Source of the DNA: Verrucomicrobiia bacterium
GTDB taxonomy: Bacteria; Verrucomicrobiota; Verrucomicrobiia; CAIQCK01
NCBI GenBank assembly: GCA_041667205.1
Contig: JBAYFL010000003.1
Location: 126,325-190,324 of the forward strand
Direction of reading: 5' to 3'
Length of the DNA stretch: 64,000 bases
The notes beneath the pieces were generated by a model. It saw only the letters and a program-made list of their open reading frames with translations. It was not told where the DNA came from and did not search any database. The position numbers were made by a program, and so were the translations under genes. Positions 1 through 9,206 of the stretch are shown piece by piece. Within the stretch, counting starts at the first letter, position 1; each line of letters opens with the position of its first letter.

Positions 1-545
1 GCCCCATTGCAGCGGGCGAGGATGGTGTGCTGCACGCCTCTTGTTACGCGAACCGCAGCGCGTGGCACTTCCGCAGCAACGACGACGGCCGAACGTGGCA
101 GCCCACGGCCGTCATCGCGCCGGGGTATAACGAGACCTCGCTCCTCCGCCTCGGCGGCAAGCGCTGGCTGGCGGCCGCACGCTTGGAGAGCACGGACTTG
201 TTCCGTTCCGACGACGACGGCGCGACTTGGCAGGGGCCACAACCCGTGACCGGACGCAGTGAACTCAACGGTCACCTCGCACGCCTCAAGGACGGCCGCT
301 TGTTGCTGAGCTACGGCAATCGCGTCAAAGGCCAGTATGGCGTGATGGCGAAGCTGAGCAGCGATGAGGGCAAGTCCTGGAGCGAGCCGATCCGACTCGC
401 CCACACGCTCTCCGGCGATTGCGGTTACCCGAGCAGCGTGCAGCGGGCAGACGGAAAGATCGTGACCGCCTACTACGCAAAGAGCGCAGAGAATCATCAT
501 CGCTACCACATGGGCGTCGCGATTTGGGAGCCACCAGCGCGATGA
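1..545 (+). CDS. BNR/Asp-box repeat sialidase-like glycosidase, C-terminal fragment (5' end lies outside the window)
   Basis: Frame is open to the window start. Three Asp-box motifs (SNDDGRTW, SDDDGATW, SSDEGKSW) typical of sialidase/BNR beta-propellers. Confidence 0.6.
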   Translation, partial: PIAAGEDGVLHASCYANRSAWHFRSNDDGRTWQPTAVIAPGYNETSLLRLGGKRWLAAARLESTDLFRSDDDGATWQGPQPVTGRSELNGHLARLKDGRLLLSYGNRVKGQYGVMAKLSSDEGKSWSEPIRLAHTLSGDCGYPSSVQRADGKIVTAYYAKSAENHHRYHMGVAIWEPPAR

Positions 546-555
546 ACCGTCTGTA

Positions 556-1881
556 ATGTCCATGACACTCAAGGATTCATCCGTCATCACGCTCCTGCTT
601 CGCGCGTTTGCTCTCTTTCTCTGCACCTTCTCCAGCCTGCACGCCGCAGAGTTCCGCGCTGCCGCGGTCAAGGTGGACATCACGCCGTCCACGCCGCAGA
701 TGCTGCGCGGCTACAGTCCGCGCATGTCCACCAAGGTGCATGACCGGATTTATCACCGCATCGTCGCGCTCGACGACGGCACGACCTCGTTCGTCCTCAT
801 TTCCTCCGATCTCTGCTCGCTCTCGCCCGCCTATTGCGACCGCGTGACCGGCGATCTTGCCAGGAATCTCGGCCTGCCACCGGAAAACATCTGGTGGTCC
901 ATTACCCACACGCATTCATCGCCCTACGTCGGCCCGCCCGGCATTCCCGGCCTGCTCATGACCAACCGTTTCCAGTTTCGCATGGATGAAACCTACACGG
1001 CTCTTGTGGAGAAACGCCTTGTGAATGGCGTCCGGCAGGCCCGACAGAAGCTTGAGCCGGCCAAACTCGGCGTCGGCCGGGGTTACGCGGAGGCCAACAT
1101 CAACCGCCGCGCCCGCGACGCCGACGGTCAGGCGCGTCTCGGCATGAATCCCTCCGCGCCGGTGGATCGCCGCATCGGCCTGCTTCGCCTCGACAAGGCC
1201 GATGGCGTGCCTTTGGCCCTCATCGCCAATTACGCCATGCACGCCACCGTGTTAGGCGCCAGCAACACCGTTGTCAGTGCCGATGCGCCCGGTATCGTCG
1301 CCGAATACGTCGAGGAAAAGACCGGCGCCCCCATGCTCTATCTCAACGGCGCCGCCGGCAACATCGCTCCGATTTACAGCACACGCCCCCCAGCCGAGAT
1401 CAGGCTTCTCAATCAGTTCAAAGTCCTGCTGGGCGATCCCATCCTTGATGCCAACCGCCGCCTGCGCGCCACCTCCGCCGAGGTGAAACTGCGCGCCTCT
1501 CGCATCATTCTCGAAACCCCGAAACGCCCCGGCCTCAAGTGGTCGGACGAACTCAAGGACTACCTTCGCGTTTCCAAAGACGGCGTGGAAACCCTGCTCG
1601 TGCCGCTCCGTTTCCTGCGCGTCAACGACGACACCGTCATCTGGAGCGCGCCCATGGAGTTGTTCTGCGAAATCTCCAACGACATCCGCGACCGTTCGCC
1701 TTTTGCCAACACATTCTACGTCGGCTACACCAACGGCACCTTCGGTTACCTGCCGACCGAACAGGAGTTTCTCGCCGGTGGCTACGAACCCGCCACCTCT
1801 TTCTTCACCGCCTCCGCCGCCGGCCATCTCAGCGCGGCCGTCAACCGCCACCTGCGCGAAATCCACGCCGCCAAGGATTGA
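556..1881 (+). CDS. Neutral/alkaline ceramidase-like hydrolase (N-terminal catalytic domain), secreted
   Basis: Signal peptide. N-terminal 'AAVKVDITP..RGY..HDRIYHRIVALDDG..VLISSDL' matches the neutral ceramidase N-domain signature. Confidence 0.55.
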   Translation: MSMTLKDSSVITLLLRAFALFLCTFSSLHAAEFRAAAVKVDITPSTPQMLRGYSPRMSTKVHDRIYHRIVALDDGTTSFVLISSDLCSLSPAYCDRVTGDLARNLGLPPENIWWSITHTHSSPYVGPPGIPGLLMTNRFQFRMDETYTALVEKRLVNGVRQARQKLEPAKLGVGRGYAEANINRRARDADGQARLGMNPSAPVDRRIGLLRLDKADGVPLALIANYAMHATVLGASNTVVSADAPGIVAEYVEEKTGAPMLYLNGAAGNIAPIYSTRPPAEIRLLNQFKVLLGDPILDANRRLRATSAEVKLRASRIILETPKRPGLKWSDELKDYLRVSKDGVETLLVPLRFLRVNDDTVIWSAPMELFCEISNDIRDRSPFANTFYVGYTNGTFGYLPTEQEFLAGGYEPATSFFTASAAGHLSAAVNRHLREIHAAKD

Positions 1882-1895
1882 AGCGCCTACACCTT

Positions 1896-3770
1896 ATGCC
1901 CGCCATTACCCGCCTCCTCATGGCCAGCCTATGGCTGGCTGCGTTTTCCCTCGCCAGCGCCGAAGTCGTGCGCGTGGAGATCACCCAACGTTCCGACGTG
2001 GGCGCCACGGGTTACGAGCAGATTGTCGGCCGGCTGCACTTCGAGATTGACCCGGCGCATCCGCGCAACCGCATCATCGCCGATGCCGATCTGGCACCGA
2101 CAAACGCGGCGGGGCGCGTGGCGTTCTCCTCCGATCTCCGCATCCTGAAACCCAAGGAGGCCGGGCGCAGCAACGGCGCGGCTTGGGTGGAGATACCCAA
2201 CCGGGGCGGCAAGAGCGGCCTGAACAATTTCATCACCAAGCACGGCTTTACGGTCATGCAAGTCGGCTGGGAGTTCGACGTGCCAGCACAAGGCGACAAG
2301 ATGCGCATCAAGGTGCCCGCGGCGCGGGAAAAGGACGGCACACCGATTCGCGGCGTGGTGCGCGCCGCGTTCACGCCAGACAAACGTTTGGAGCAGGTCA
2401 CCGTGAGCGATCTGGCGGATTATCCGCCCGTGGATGCCGCCGGACCGGACAGCCGGCTGATTGTGCGGACGGCCACGGCGTTTCCCGTCGGCAAGGAACT
2501 GCCGCGCAGCCAATGGCGGCTGGAAGGCCAGCGCGTGAAGCTGGAGAGCGGTTTCGAGCCGGGCAAGACGTATGAGATTTCCTACCTCGCGGAGAACCCG
2601 CCGGTGGCGGGCATGGGCCTCGCGGCGATCCGCGATGCGGTGGCGTGGCTGAAGCACGACGCCGGCTCGCCGGCCCCGGTGCGCCACGCCTACGCGTTTG
2701 GCTCCTCGCAATGCGGCCGGCTCCTGCGCGAGTTTGTCTATCTCGGTTTCAACACCGACGAGCAGGGCCGGCAGGCGCTGGATGGCGTGATGGCGAACGT
2801 CGCCGGCGCGGGCCGGCTGGACATCAACCGCCGCTGGTCGGCGCCGCGCAAGGTTGCCGCCTACGAGACCGCATCCTATCCCTTCACTGACACCGCGCAG
2901 AAGGATCCCGTCACTGGGATCAAGGAAGGTGTGCAGGACAACCCGCGCGTGACACACAGGCCGAAGGTTTTCTACATGAACACGGCGGCGGAATACTGGG
3001 GCGCGGGCCGCGTGGCGGGCTTATCGCACACCAGCCCCGACGGCAAGCGCGACGTTTCGCTGCCGGACAACGTGCGGGCCTATTTCTTTGCCGGCACGCA
3101 GCACGGGGCGGCATCATTCCCGCCCACGGCTCCGGCGAAGGACGGTCAACTCGCGAACCCTGTCAACGCCAGCCCCGTCGTCACCGCCCTGCGCCTCGCG
3201 ATGCATCGCTGGGTCGCCGAAGGCACACTGCCGCCGCCGAGCGCCTATCCCAAGCTCAGCGACGGCACGCTGGTGCCTGTGGCGAAAGTTCGCTTCCCAG
3301 CCCTGCCGGGAATCTCATCGCCCCGGAGCGCGACGGGCGGGCCACGCCTGCGAAATCCGAATTGGCCGCCCGGCGCGGGCGCCGGCGCGATGCTGCCGCT
3401 GCTGGTGCCGCAGGTGGATGCGGATGGCAACGACCTCGCGGGCATCCAGATGCCGGATGTCAGCGTGCCTCTGGGCACCTGCACCGGCTGGGTGTTTCGT
3501 CCCGCCTCGATGGGCGCGCCGCACGAGATGATGCCGTTGCGCGGATTCTGGCTTCCGTTCGCCGCCACGCGCGAGCAACGGGAGCAGGCCGGCGACCCGC
3601 GTCCGTCGCTCAGCGAGCGTTACGCTTCCAAGGAAGCCTGGCTGGCGCGCGTGAGCGACGCCTTGCAGCAACTCATCAAACAAGGCTACCTCCAAGCCGA
3701 AGACATCGAACCCTTGCAGAAGCAGGCAGCCGTCCGCTGGGATTGGGTCACGAAACGAAAGCCCTTGTGA
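1896..3770 (+). CDS. Secreted hypothetical protein (624 aa)
   Basis: The long ORF 1539..3770 overlaps the upstream gene. The internal Met at 1896 begins a classic signal peptide, MPAITRLLMASLWLAAFSLASA. No recognisable catalytic motif. Confidence 0.5.
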   Translation: MPAITRLLMASLWLAAFSLASAEVVRVEITQRSDVGATGYEQIVGRLHFEIDPAHPRNRIIADADLAPTNAAGRVAFSSDLRILKPKEAGRSNGAAWVEIPNRGGKSGLNNFITKHGFTVMQVGWEFDVPAQGDKMRIKVPAAREKDGTPIRGVVRAAFTPDKRLEQVTVSDLADYPPVDAAGPDSRLIVRTATAFPVGKELPRSQWRLEGQRVKLESGFEPGKTYEISYLAENPPVAGMGLAAIRDAVAWLKHDAGSPAPVRHAYAFGSSQCGRLLREFVYLGFNTDEQGRQALDGVMANVAGAGRLDINRRWSAPRKVAAYETASYPFTDTAQKDPVTGIKEGVQDNPRVTHRPKVFYMNTAAEYWGAGRVAGLSHTSPDGKRDVSLPDNVRAYFFAGTQHGAASFPPTAPAKDGQLANPVNASPVVTALRLAMHRWVAEGTLPPPSAYPKLSDGTLVPVAKVRFPALPGISSPRSATGGPRLRNPNWPPGAGAGAMLPLLVPQVDADGNDLAGIQMPDVSVPLGTCTGWVFRPASMGAPHEMMPLRGFWLPFAATREQREQAGDPRPSLSERYASKEAWLARVSDALQQLIKQGYLQAEDIEPLQKQAAVRWDWVTKRKPL

Positions 3771-4071
3771 TCCGCCAGACTGCGACTTGAAGAAACAGAC
3801 AAGGCCCGCAAGGCGACGTCAGCGCCGCCGATCTCAGCTTCGCCATCGGCGGCACCAGCGCCAACAGCAACACCGTTCAACCCCTCGACGAGACCGCCGA
3901 CCAAGCCGCCATCATCGCGAAGATCAACGAATTGATTCAGGCGCTGAGGAGATGACGTCGCAACAACAGGGGTTTCGACTCGACCGTTCTCATCTAATCG
4001 GTTAAGGACTACGCGGAGCAAGTGACTAGTGCTCGTGTAGCTAACAGGAAGCTTCACCAAAGGAAGCAACA

Positions 4072-5031
4072 ATGCACCCATTTGAAAATATTCTCAGCGT
4101 CGCGGCGGAAGACATCGAGTTCGAATTGCGCGGGGGTGGGGCCGTGTCTTGGACAGATTTTCTGCTGAATCCCCGACGACTGCGGGGGAGCGATTTCTTG
4201 ATGCGGTGGTCGCAAGGGGTTTGGAGCGAAGAGCGTTTGATTCAGGCTGTGAACGAAACCGGCCGCTATGTCGCCTTCCCATATGGTCCCAGTGGGGTCG
4301 CGCCAGATAACGATGTGCGCGCGTTCGAGCTGTATTTCGAACGACTGGAGAAGGCTGGGCTTAGCAAGATCAAGCGTCCGGACATTCTGATCTTTCGCAA
4401 GAGCGATGAAGCCAGAGTGCAGCGCACGGTGAATGAACTTGGCGGGATCACAGAACTGCCCTTCACTTCTGAAGACGATCAGCGCATGAAGGAGTTGCTG
4501 TCACGCGCTGTCTTGGCGGTGGAGTGTGAGAACAGCCTTTGGCGTGCAAAGCAAATGCCCGCTTTCGGCGTGGAACTCAAGCCGCAGAAACGTTTGGGCG
4601 GCAAGCTTGGCATGACCAAGACTGCCGTTTTGCCGACGGTTATTCTGAAAGAGGAAGATCGTGCTCCTCTGCACGAATGGCAGAAAAAGTGGAAGCCGCC
4701 CATTCACATCTGGCATGTGTTCTACGACTTGGCGTTTGGATTGGCTTTTGACAAGGCCGAGGATCTCATCCGAAGCGGGCAGATCGCGCCGACCGAACAA
4801 GTGTTTCAAGCTCCGGGTGGCGTAACGACGAAGAAAGTCATCTACAAAATCTATTATCACCACGCCTACCCTCTCGGTAATTCGGAGCAGGAACCGACCT
4901 TGGTTGCCGACCACATCACGGATAAAAATGGCCACATCCTGCCCTACGTGAAGTTCCAAGGTGGCCGCTTGCGGCTCGGTCCGGCCGCGCTGACAACACT
5001 CAATGAAGCCGCGCGTGAGGCGAGGGCGTAA
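4072..5031 (+). CDS. Putative type II restriction endonuclease (partner of the downstream MTase); family not assignable
   Basis: 319-aa ORF with an AAAGGAAG RBS, 5 nt upstream of the MTase gene, in a lower-GC (about 54%) islet. No signal peptide. Function is inferred from context only. Confidence 0.4.
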   Translation: MHPFENILSVAAEDIEFELRGGGAVSWTDFLLNPRRLRGSDFLMRWSQGVWSEERLIQAVNETGRYVAFPYGPSGVAPDNDVRAFELYFERLEKAGLSKIKRPDILIFRKSDEARVQRTVNELGGITELPFTSEDDQRMKELLSRAVLAVECENSLWRAKQMPAFGVELKPQKRLGGKLGMTKTAVLPTVILKEEDRAPLHEWQKKWKPPIHIWHVFYDLAFGLAFDKAEDLIRSGQIAPTEQVFQAPGGVTTKKVIYKIYYHHAYPLGNSEQEPTLVADHITDKNGHILPYVKFQGGRLRLGPAALTTLNEAAREARA

Positions 5032-5036
5032 GAGGT

Positions 5037-6668
5037 ATGATCTTGCCGTTCAACAAACTGCCAACTGCGGGGCCGGCGCGAGAAGCACTTCGCCAGAAGG
5101 GGCAGTTTTGGACGCCGGACTGGGTTGCCCAAGGAATGGTCGCGTATGTCGTGGACGGAGACTGCGACGAGGTTTTTGATCCAGCCGTTGGGGCCGGCGC
5201 GTTTTTCCGGGCCGCGAAGCAAATCGCGAAAGAGACGGGGCGCTCGATCAGATTTCACGGAACAGAAATTGACCCGGCGGCGTTGGAGCAAGCCGTTCAC
5301 AATGAACTGTCTGCGGCCGACCTTGCCGACGTGCAGGTTCGCGATTTTGTGCTGAACCCTCCGTCCGGTCCTTTGCCAGCCATCGTCGCCAATCCGCCCT
5401 ACATCCGACACCACCGCCTTGGCTGCGAGGTCAAAGCCAAGTTGCGCACTTTCGCCGTGAAGCTTATTGGCAGGCCGCTCGACGGCCGGGCGGGCATCCA
5501 TGTTTATTTTCTGCTTCGCGCGCTGCAATTGCTGAAACGCGAGGGACGGCTCGCTTTCATTATGTCGGCCGACACGTGCGAGGGTGTCTTTGCTCCAACG
5601 CTTTGGAACTGGATCACGCGGAATTATTGCCTCGATGCGATCCTGACGTTTGCCCCGGAAGCATCGCCATTTCCTGGTGTGGATACCAACGCCATCGTAT
5701 TCATGATTCGCAACGCGAAGCCCGCGTCTCATTTTTTGTGGGCGAAGTGCAACGCCGCGCGATGCGATGGATTCAGGCAATGGGCTTTGGCGGGGTTCAA
5801 AGGCCGCTCCAGTGAAGTCCTGACCATCTACCGCCGGTCAGTGGCAGAGGGACTCGCAACAGGTTTTTCCAGGGAGCCGGGAACGATTGACGCCAACGCG
5901 CCAAGACTTGGAGACTTCGCTAAGGTGCTTCGCGGCATTGCCACGGGTTTCAATGAGTTCTTCTTCCTGACGCGAAGCCAAGCTGCATCGCTGCGTATTC
6001 CCAATGAGTTTTTGATTCCTGCTGTCGGTCGGACACGCGATGTGGCGGGAGAGGAAATCACCAGCAAGACATTGGACGCTCTTGATGCGGCGGGGCGGCC
6101 AACGCTTCTGTTTTCCCCCGATGGCCGACCGCTTGATGCGTTTCCCAAAGCTGTTCGAGAATACTTGAGACGCGGGGAAGAAATGGGGCTGCCCAAGCGG
6201 CCTCTGATCGCCTCGCGCCAGCCTTGGTATAAAATGGAAACGCGCCAGCCGCCTCCGTTCCTGTTCGCCTATTTGGGGCGGCGAAACGCGCGCTTCATCA
6301 GGAACCAAGCGGGGATACTTCCCCTGACGGGCTTCTTGTGTGTCTATCCGCGCAGCAATGAGCCAGAGCTTGTTGACAGACTCGGGGAAGCCTTGCGCCA
6401 TCCGGAAACCATCGCAAACCTACGACTGGTAGGCAAGAGCTATGGACAGGGGTGCATAAAAGTCGAGCCGCGTGCGCTGGAGCGGCTGCCTCTGGCATCG
6501 GCCGTGACAATGGAGTCGGAGATCGAAACCTTCAGCTACGCGTTGCCCTTGGAATTCGTCGGCTCGGAGACACCGGAACCTGCGCTGCTGGTTCGCGAGC
6601 GACATGGGAAGCGCTATGTCGCACGACAAGACTCTGGAGGCAGACACAAGAAGCGAGCGGCGAATTAG
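5037..6668 (+). CDS. Gamma-class N6-adenine DNA methyltransferase (M.TaqI/Eco57I-like)
   Basis: Motif order matches M.TaqI: 'QFWTPDWV' (FxTP), 'VFDPAVGAGAFF' (AdoMet motif I), 'GTEIDPAAL', 'VANPPY' (motif IV NPPY). A C-terminal approximately 290-aa target-recognition region follows. Confidence 0.8.
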   Translation: MILPFNKLPTAGPAREALRQKGQFWTPDWVAQGMVAYVVDGDCDEVFDPAVGAGAFFRAAKQIAKETGRSIRFHGTEIDPAALEQAVHNELSAADLADVQVRDFVLNPPSGPLPAIVANPPYIRHHRLGCEVKAKLRTFAVKLIGRPLDGRAGIHVYFLLRALQLLKREGRLAFIMSADTCEGVFAPTLWNWITRNYCLDAILTFAPEASPFPGVDTNAIVFMIRNAKPASHFLWAKCNAARCDGFRQWALAGFKGRSSEVLTIYRRSVAEGLATGFSREPGTIDANAPRLGDFAKVLRGIATGFNEFFFLTRSQAASLRIPNEFLIPAVGRTRDVAGEEITSKTLDALDAAGRPTLLFSPDGRPLDAFPKAVREYLRRGEEMGLPKRPLIASRQPWYKMETRQPPPFLFAYLGRRNARFIRNQAGILPLTGFLCVYPRSNEPELVDRLGEALRHPETIANLRLVGKSYGQGCIKVEPRALERLPLASAVTMESEIETFSYALPLEFVGSETPEPALLVRERHGKRYVARQDSGGRHKKRAAN

Positions 6669-6772
6669 TCGTCGGGACGGGTTCCTGATTCTTGACGGAT
6701 TTATTGCCGGCCACCGGCTGGTCACGTAGATTTTGCGGAGGTCAGTGATGTCAGCAGTTATCCTCACGCCCA

Positions 6773-6812
6773 CATCCACACGGACGCGATTGTTTATCCA
6801 TTACCACGGGCC
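6773..6812 (+). promoter_or_regulatory. Conserved upstream motif CATCCACACGGACGCGATTnTTnTCCATTnACC (copy 1), upstream of the DUF4838 gene
   Basis: Near-identical 35-40 bp element recurs at 9126..9167 in front of the next secreted hydrolase gene. A TTACCA-N18-TAGAGT promoter-like arrangement lies inside it. Confidence 0.3.
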
Positions 6813-6850
6813 TGTCGAATCTGGTAGAGTCTGCGACTCAAAGACGAGCC

Positions 6851-9094
6851 ATGAAAACATCCTTCCTTCCGTTGTTCTGTCTCCTGTTCTTGCTGGCCGA
6901 TTTGCACTCCGCCGAACTGGCGAGGGACGGCGCGACCCGCTGGAAGATCGTCCTGCCTGACGAAGCGACGATGGTCGAGAAGACGGCCGCGCGTGAATTG
7001 GCCGAGCATTTGAAGCTCGTCACCGGAGCCGAGTTCCTGACGATTGCCGAAAAGGACGCGCCCGCTGGCGGGAAGTCGTTGATCTTCGTTGGCAACACGA
7101 CGAAGGCGCCGAAGAAGAACTACAAGTTCGACGAAATCCTGATCAAAATGGACCGCGGGAACCCGATCCTGGCGGGGCATCCGAGGCGAGGCTGCCTGTA
7201 TGCGGTCTATTCGTTCCTGCAGGATGTCGTCGGCGTTCGCTGGTGGACGCCCGAAGACACGTTCATCCCGAAGAAGCCACGGCTGCTCGTCGCGGACAGT
7301 CTGCATGTTTCCTACGCGCCCCAGATGGTCTCGCGGGAGATGTATCATCGGGACGCCCAGCCGGGTGTTTTCTCCGCGCGCATGAAGGGCAACGGCGGCA
7401 TCGCCCCGGAATACGGCGGCGCGGTGCGGATCATCAACTTCGTCCACTCGTTCTACAAGTATCTGCCGCCCGAAAAGTATTTCGACGCGCATCCGGACTG
7501 GTATTCGGAGATCAACGGCAAACGCAAACACGAGCACGCGCAGCTTTGCCTGACCAACGAGGCGATGACGCGGGAGTTGATCAAGAGCGTCCTGGAGACG
7601 CTGCGGAAGAATCCCGACGCGAAGATGATTGACGTCTCGCAGAACGACTGGCACGGCTGCTGCACCTGCGCCAAGTGCAAGGCGATAGACGATGCGGAGG
7701 GAAGCCACGCAGGCACGCTCGTGTTGATGCTCAACAAAGTCGCCGAGGCGGTCGAGAAGGAGTTTCCGGACGTGCTGGTCGAATCGCTGGCGTATCAATA
7801 CACCCGCAAGCCGCCCAAGACTCTCAAGCCGCGCGACAACGTTCTGATCCGGCTTTGCACGATTGAGTGTTCCTACATCCAGCCGCTCAACGGTCCGCAG
7901 AACCGGAAGTTCGCCGCGGACATGGAAGGCTGGAGCAAGCTGGCCAAGCACCTGTTCATCTGGGATTACACGACCAACTACAACGACTACCTGGGGCCGC
8001 ATCCCAACCTGCGCGTGCTCGCCCCGAACGTCCGCTATTTCATCAAGCACGGCGCCATCGGCCTGTTTGAAGAGGGAGAAGGCGACGACTTCTGCGAACT
8101 GAAAAACTGGCTGCTCCTGCGCGTGATGTGGGAACCGCGCCTCGACGCCAACAAGCTGATCGCCGAGTTCGTGCGCGGCTACTACGGCGAAGCGGTCGCG
8201 CCGCTCATCAAGCGGTATTGGGACATCCTGATCGCGAAGGCGGAGAAGGAGAAGATTTATCTCGGCTGCTTCGGCATGAACTCGGCGAAGTGGATTGATC
8301 TGGCGACACTCAACCAGGTCACCGAAGTCATGAACAAGGCCGTCGAGACAGCGACGAGAGTTTGCGGCCCCGATTCCGCGGAACTGCGCCGGCTGCGGAA
8401 GTCCAAGATGGGCGTGGATCTCGTCTGGCTGAGCCGATACTACCCGCTCCGCTGCGAGGCGCGCGAAAAGAAGCTGCCGTTCCTCGGCCCGAAAGACCCG
8501 CTCAAGGCGGCGGAGGAGTTCGCGCAGCTCTGCAAACGGTTCAAGACGAAGGCGGCGATGATTTCGCAGGAGAAGAACCTCGGCGTGTATCTGGAAGGCC
8601 TGCGGGCGGGATTCCTCGCGCAGAGCAATCCACCCGACATGTGCAAGGGTCTGCCGGAAGACAGTTGGCTCGTCTTCGACGCCCTGTCGTTCCGCAACTT
8701 CCGCGATGCCGCGACGGTGATCAGCGATCCCCAAGCGTGGAACGGCAAGAGCGTCCGCATGGGGACGAAGGTGGACTGGAACACCAGCTACACCCCGCCG
8801 GTTCGCGGGAAGTATCGCATCCTCGCTTCCCTGCGTTGCGAGGGAACCATCAAGAAAGGCAAACTCGGTTCGTGGGGCGTCTATGACGCTCAGGGCAAGA
8901 AATCGCTCAAGACCATGGTTCTCAACGCGAAGGATTTCGCGACCGAAGACGGCTCGTTCGACAAGAAGTTCCGGTGGATTGATCTGGGCACTGTTGATTT
9001 CGTTCCCGGCGCATACTTCTGGTTCGCCCACGGACACAGCCCCGAACTGGACGCTATCTTTGTTGACCGTGTCGTGCTCATCGAAGCGAAGTGA
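6851..9094 (+). CDS. DUF4838-family secreted protein (putative glycoside hydrolase-like)
   Basis: 747 aa with a signal peptide. Architecture and composition are typical of DUF4838 proteins of Bacteroidota/PVC. The equally long antisense ORF 6794..9037 is a GC-shadow ORF. Confidence 0.55.
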   Translation: MKTSFLPLFCLLFLLADLHSAELARDGATRWKIVLPDEATMVEKTAARELAEHLKLVTGAEFLTIAEKDAPAGGKSLIFVGNTTKAPKKNYKFDEILIKMDRGNPILAGHPRRGCLYAVYSFLQDVVGVRWWTPEDTFIPKKPRLLVADSLHVSYAPQMVSREMYHRDAQPGVFSARMKGNGGIAPEYGGAVRIINFVHSFYKYLPPEKYFDAHPDWYSEINGKRKHEHAQLCLTNEAMTRELIKSVLETLRKNPDAKMIDVSQNDWHGCCTCAKCKAIDDAEGSHAGTLVLMLNKVAEAVEKEFPDVLVESLAYQYTRKPPKTLKPRDNVLIRLCTIECSYIQPLNGPQNRKFAADMEGWSKLAKHLFIWDYTTNYNDYLGPHPNLRVLAPNVRYFIKHGAIGLFEEGEGDDFCELKNWLLLRVMWEPRLDANKLIAEFVRGYYGEAVAPLIKRYWDILIAKAEKEKIYLGCFGMNSAKWIDLATLNQVTEVMNKAVETATRVCGPDSAELRRLRKSKMGVDLVWLSRYYPLRCEAREKKLPFLGPKDPLKAAEEFAQLCKRFKTKAAMISQEKNLGVYLEGLRAGFLAQSNPPDMCKGLPEDSWLVFDALSFRNFRDAATVISDPQAWNGKSVRMGTKVDWNTSYTPPVRGKYRILASLRCEGTIKKGKLGSWGVYDAQGKKSLKTMVLNAKDFATEDGSFDKKFRWIDLGTVDFVPGAYFWFAHGHSPELDAIFVDRVVLIEAK

Positions 9095-9125
9095 ACTGAC
9101 CGCCTCGCGCTCCAGCCGCTAACCG

Positions 9126-9167
9126 CATCCACACGGACGCGATTCTTGTCCATTTACCGCGAGGCGG
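9126..9167 (+). promoter_or_regulatory. Conserved upstream motif (copy 2), upstream of the GH gene
   Basis: CATCCACACGGACGCGATTCTTGTCCATTTACC; a TTTACC-N16-CATACT promoter-like arrangement lies inside it. Confidence 0.3.
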
Positions 9168-9206
9168 TCGCGTTGCATACTCGCACCAACATCAGGAGCA
9201 CCCGAT

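Noticed and set aside
1539-1895. N-terminal 119-aa extension of ORF 1539..3770 overlapping the ceramidase-like gene
   Set aside because: It overlaps the upstream CDS in another frame and is Arg-rich. The internal Met at 1896 starts a textbook signal peptide.
3787-4005. 72-aa Arg/Gln-rich ORF (MKKQTRPARRRQRRRSQLRHRRHQRQQQ...)
   Set aside because: Extreme low complexity in an intergenic junction and no RBS; read as a chance ORF.
6794-9037. 747-aa minus-strand ORF exactly antisense to the DUF4838 gene
   Set aside because: A GC-rich shadow ORF. Its low-complexity Arg/Ala/Gly-rich translation has no motifs, whereas the plus-strand product has a signal peptide and a coherent domain.
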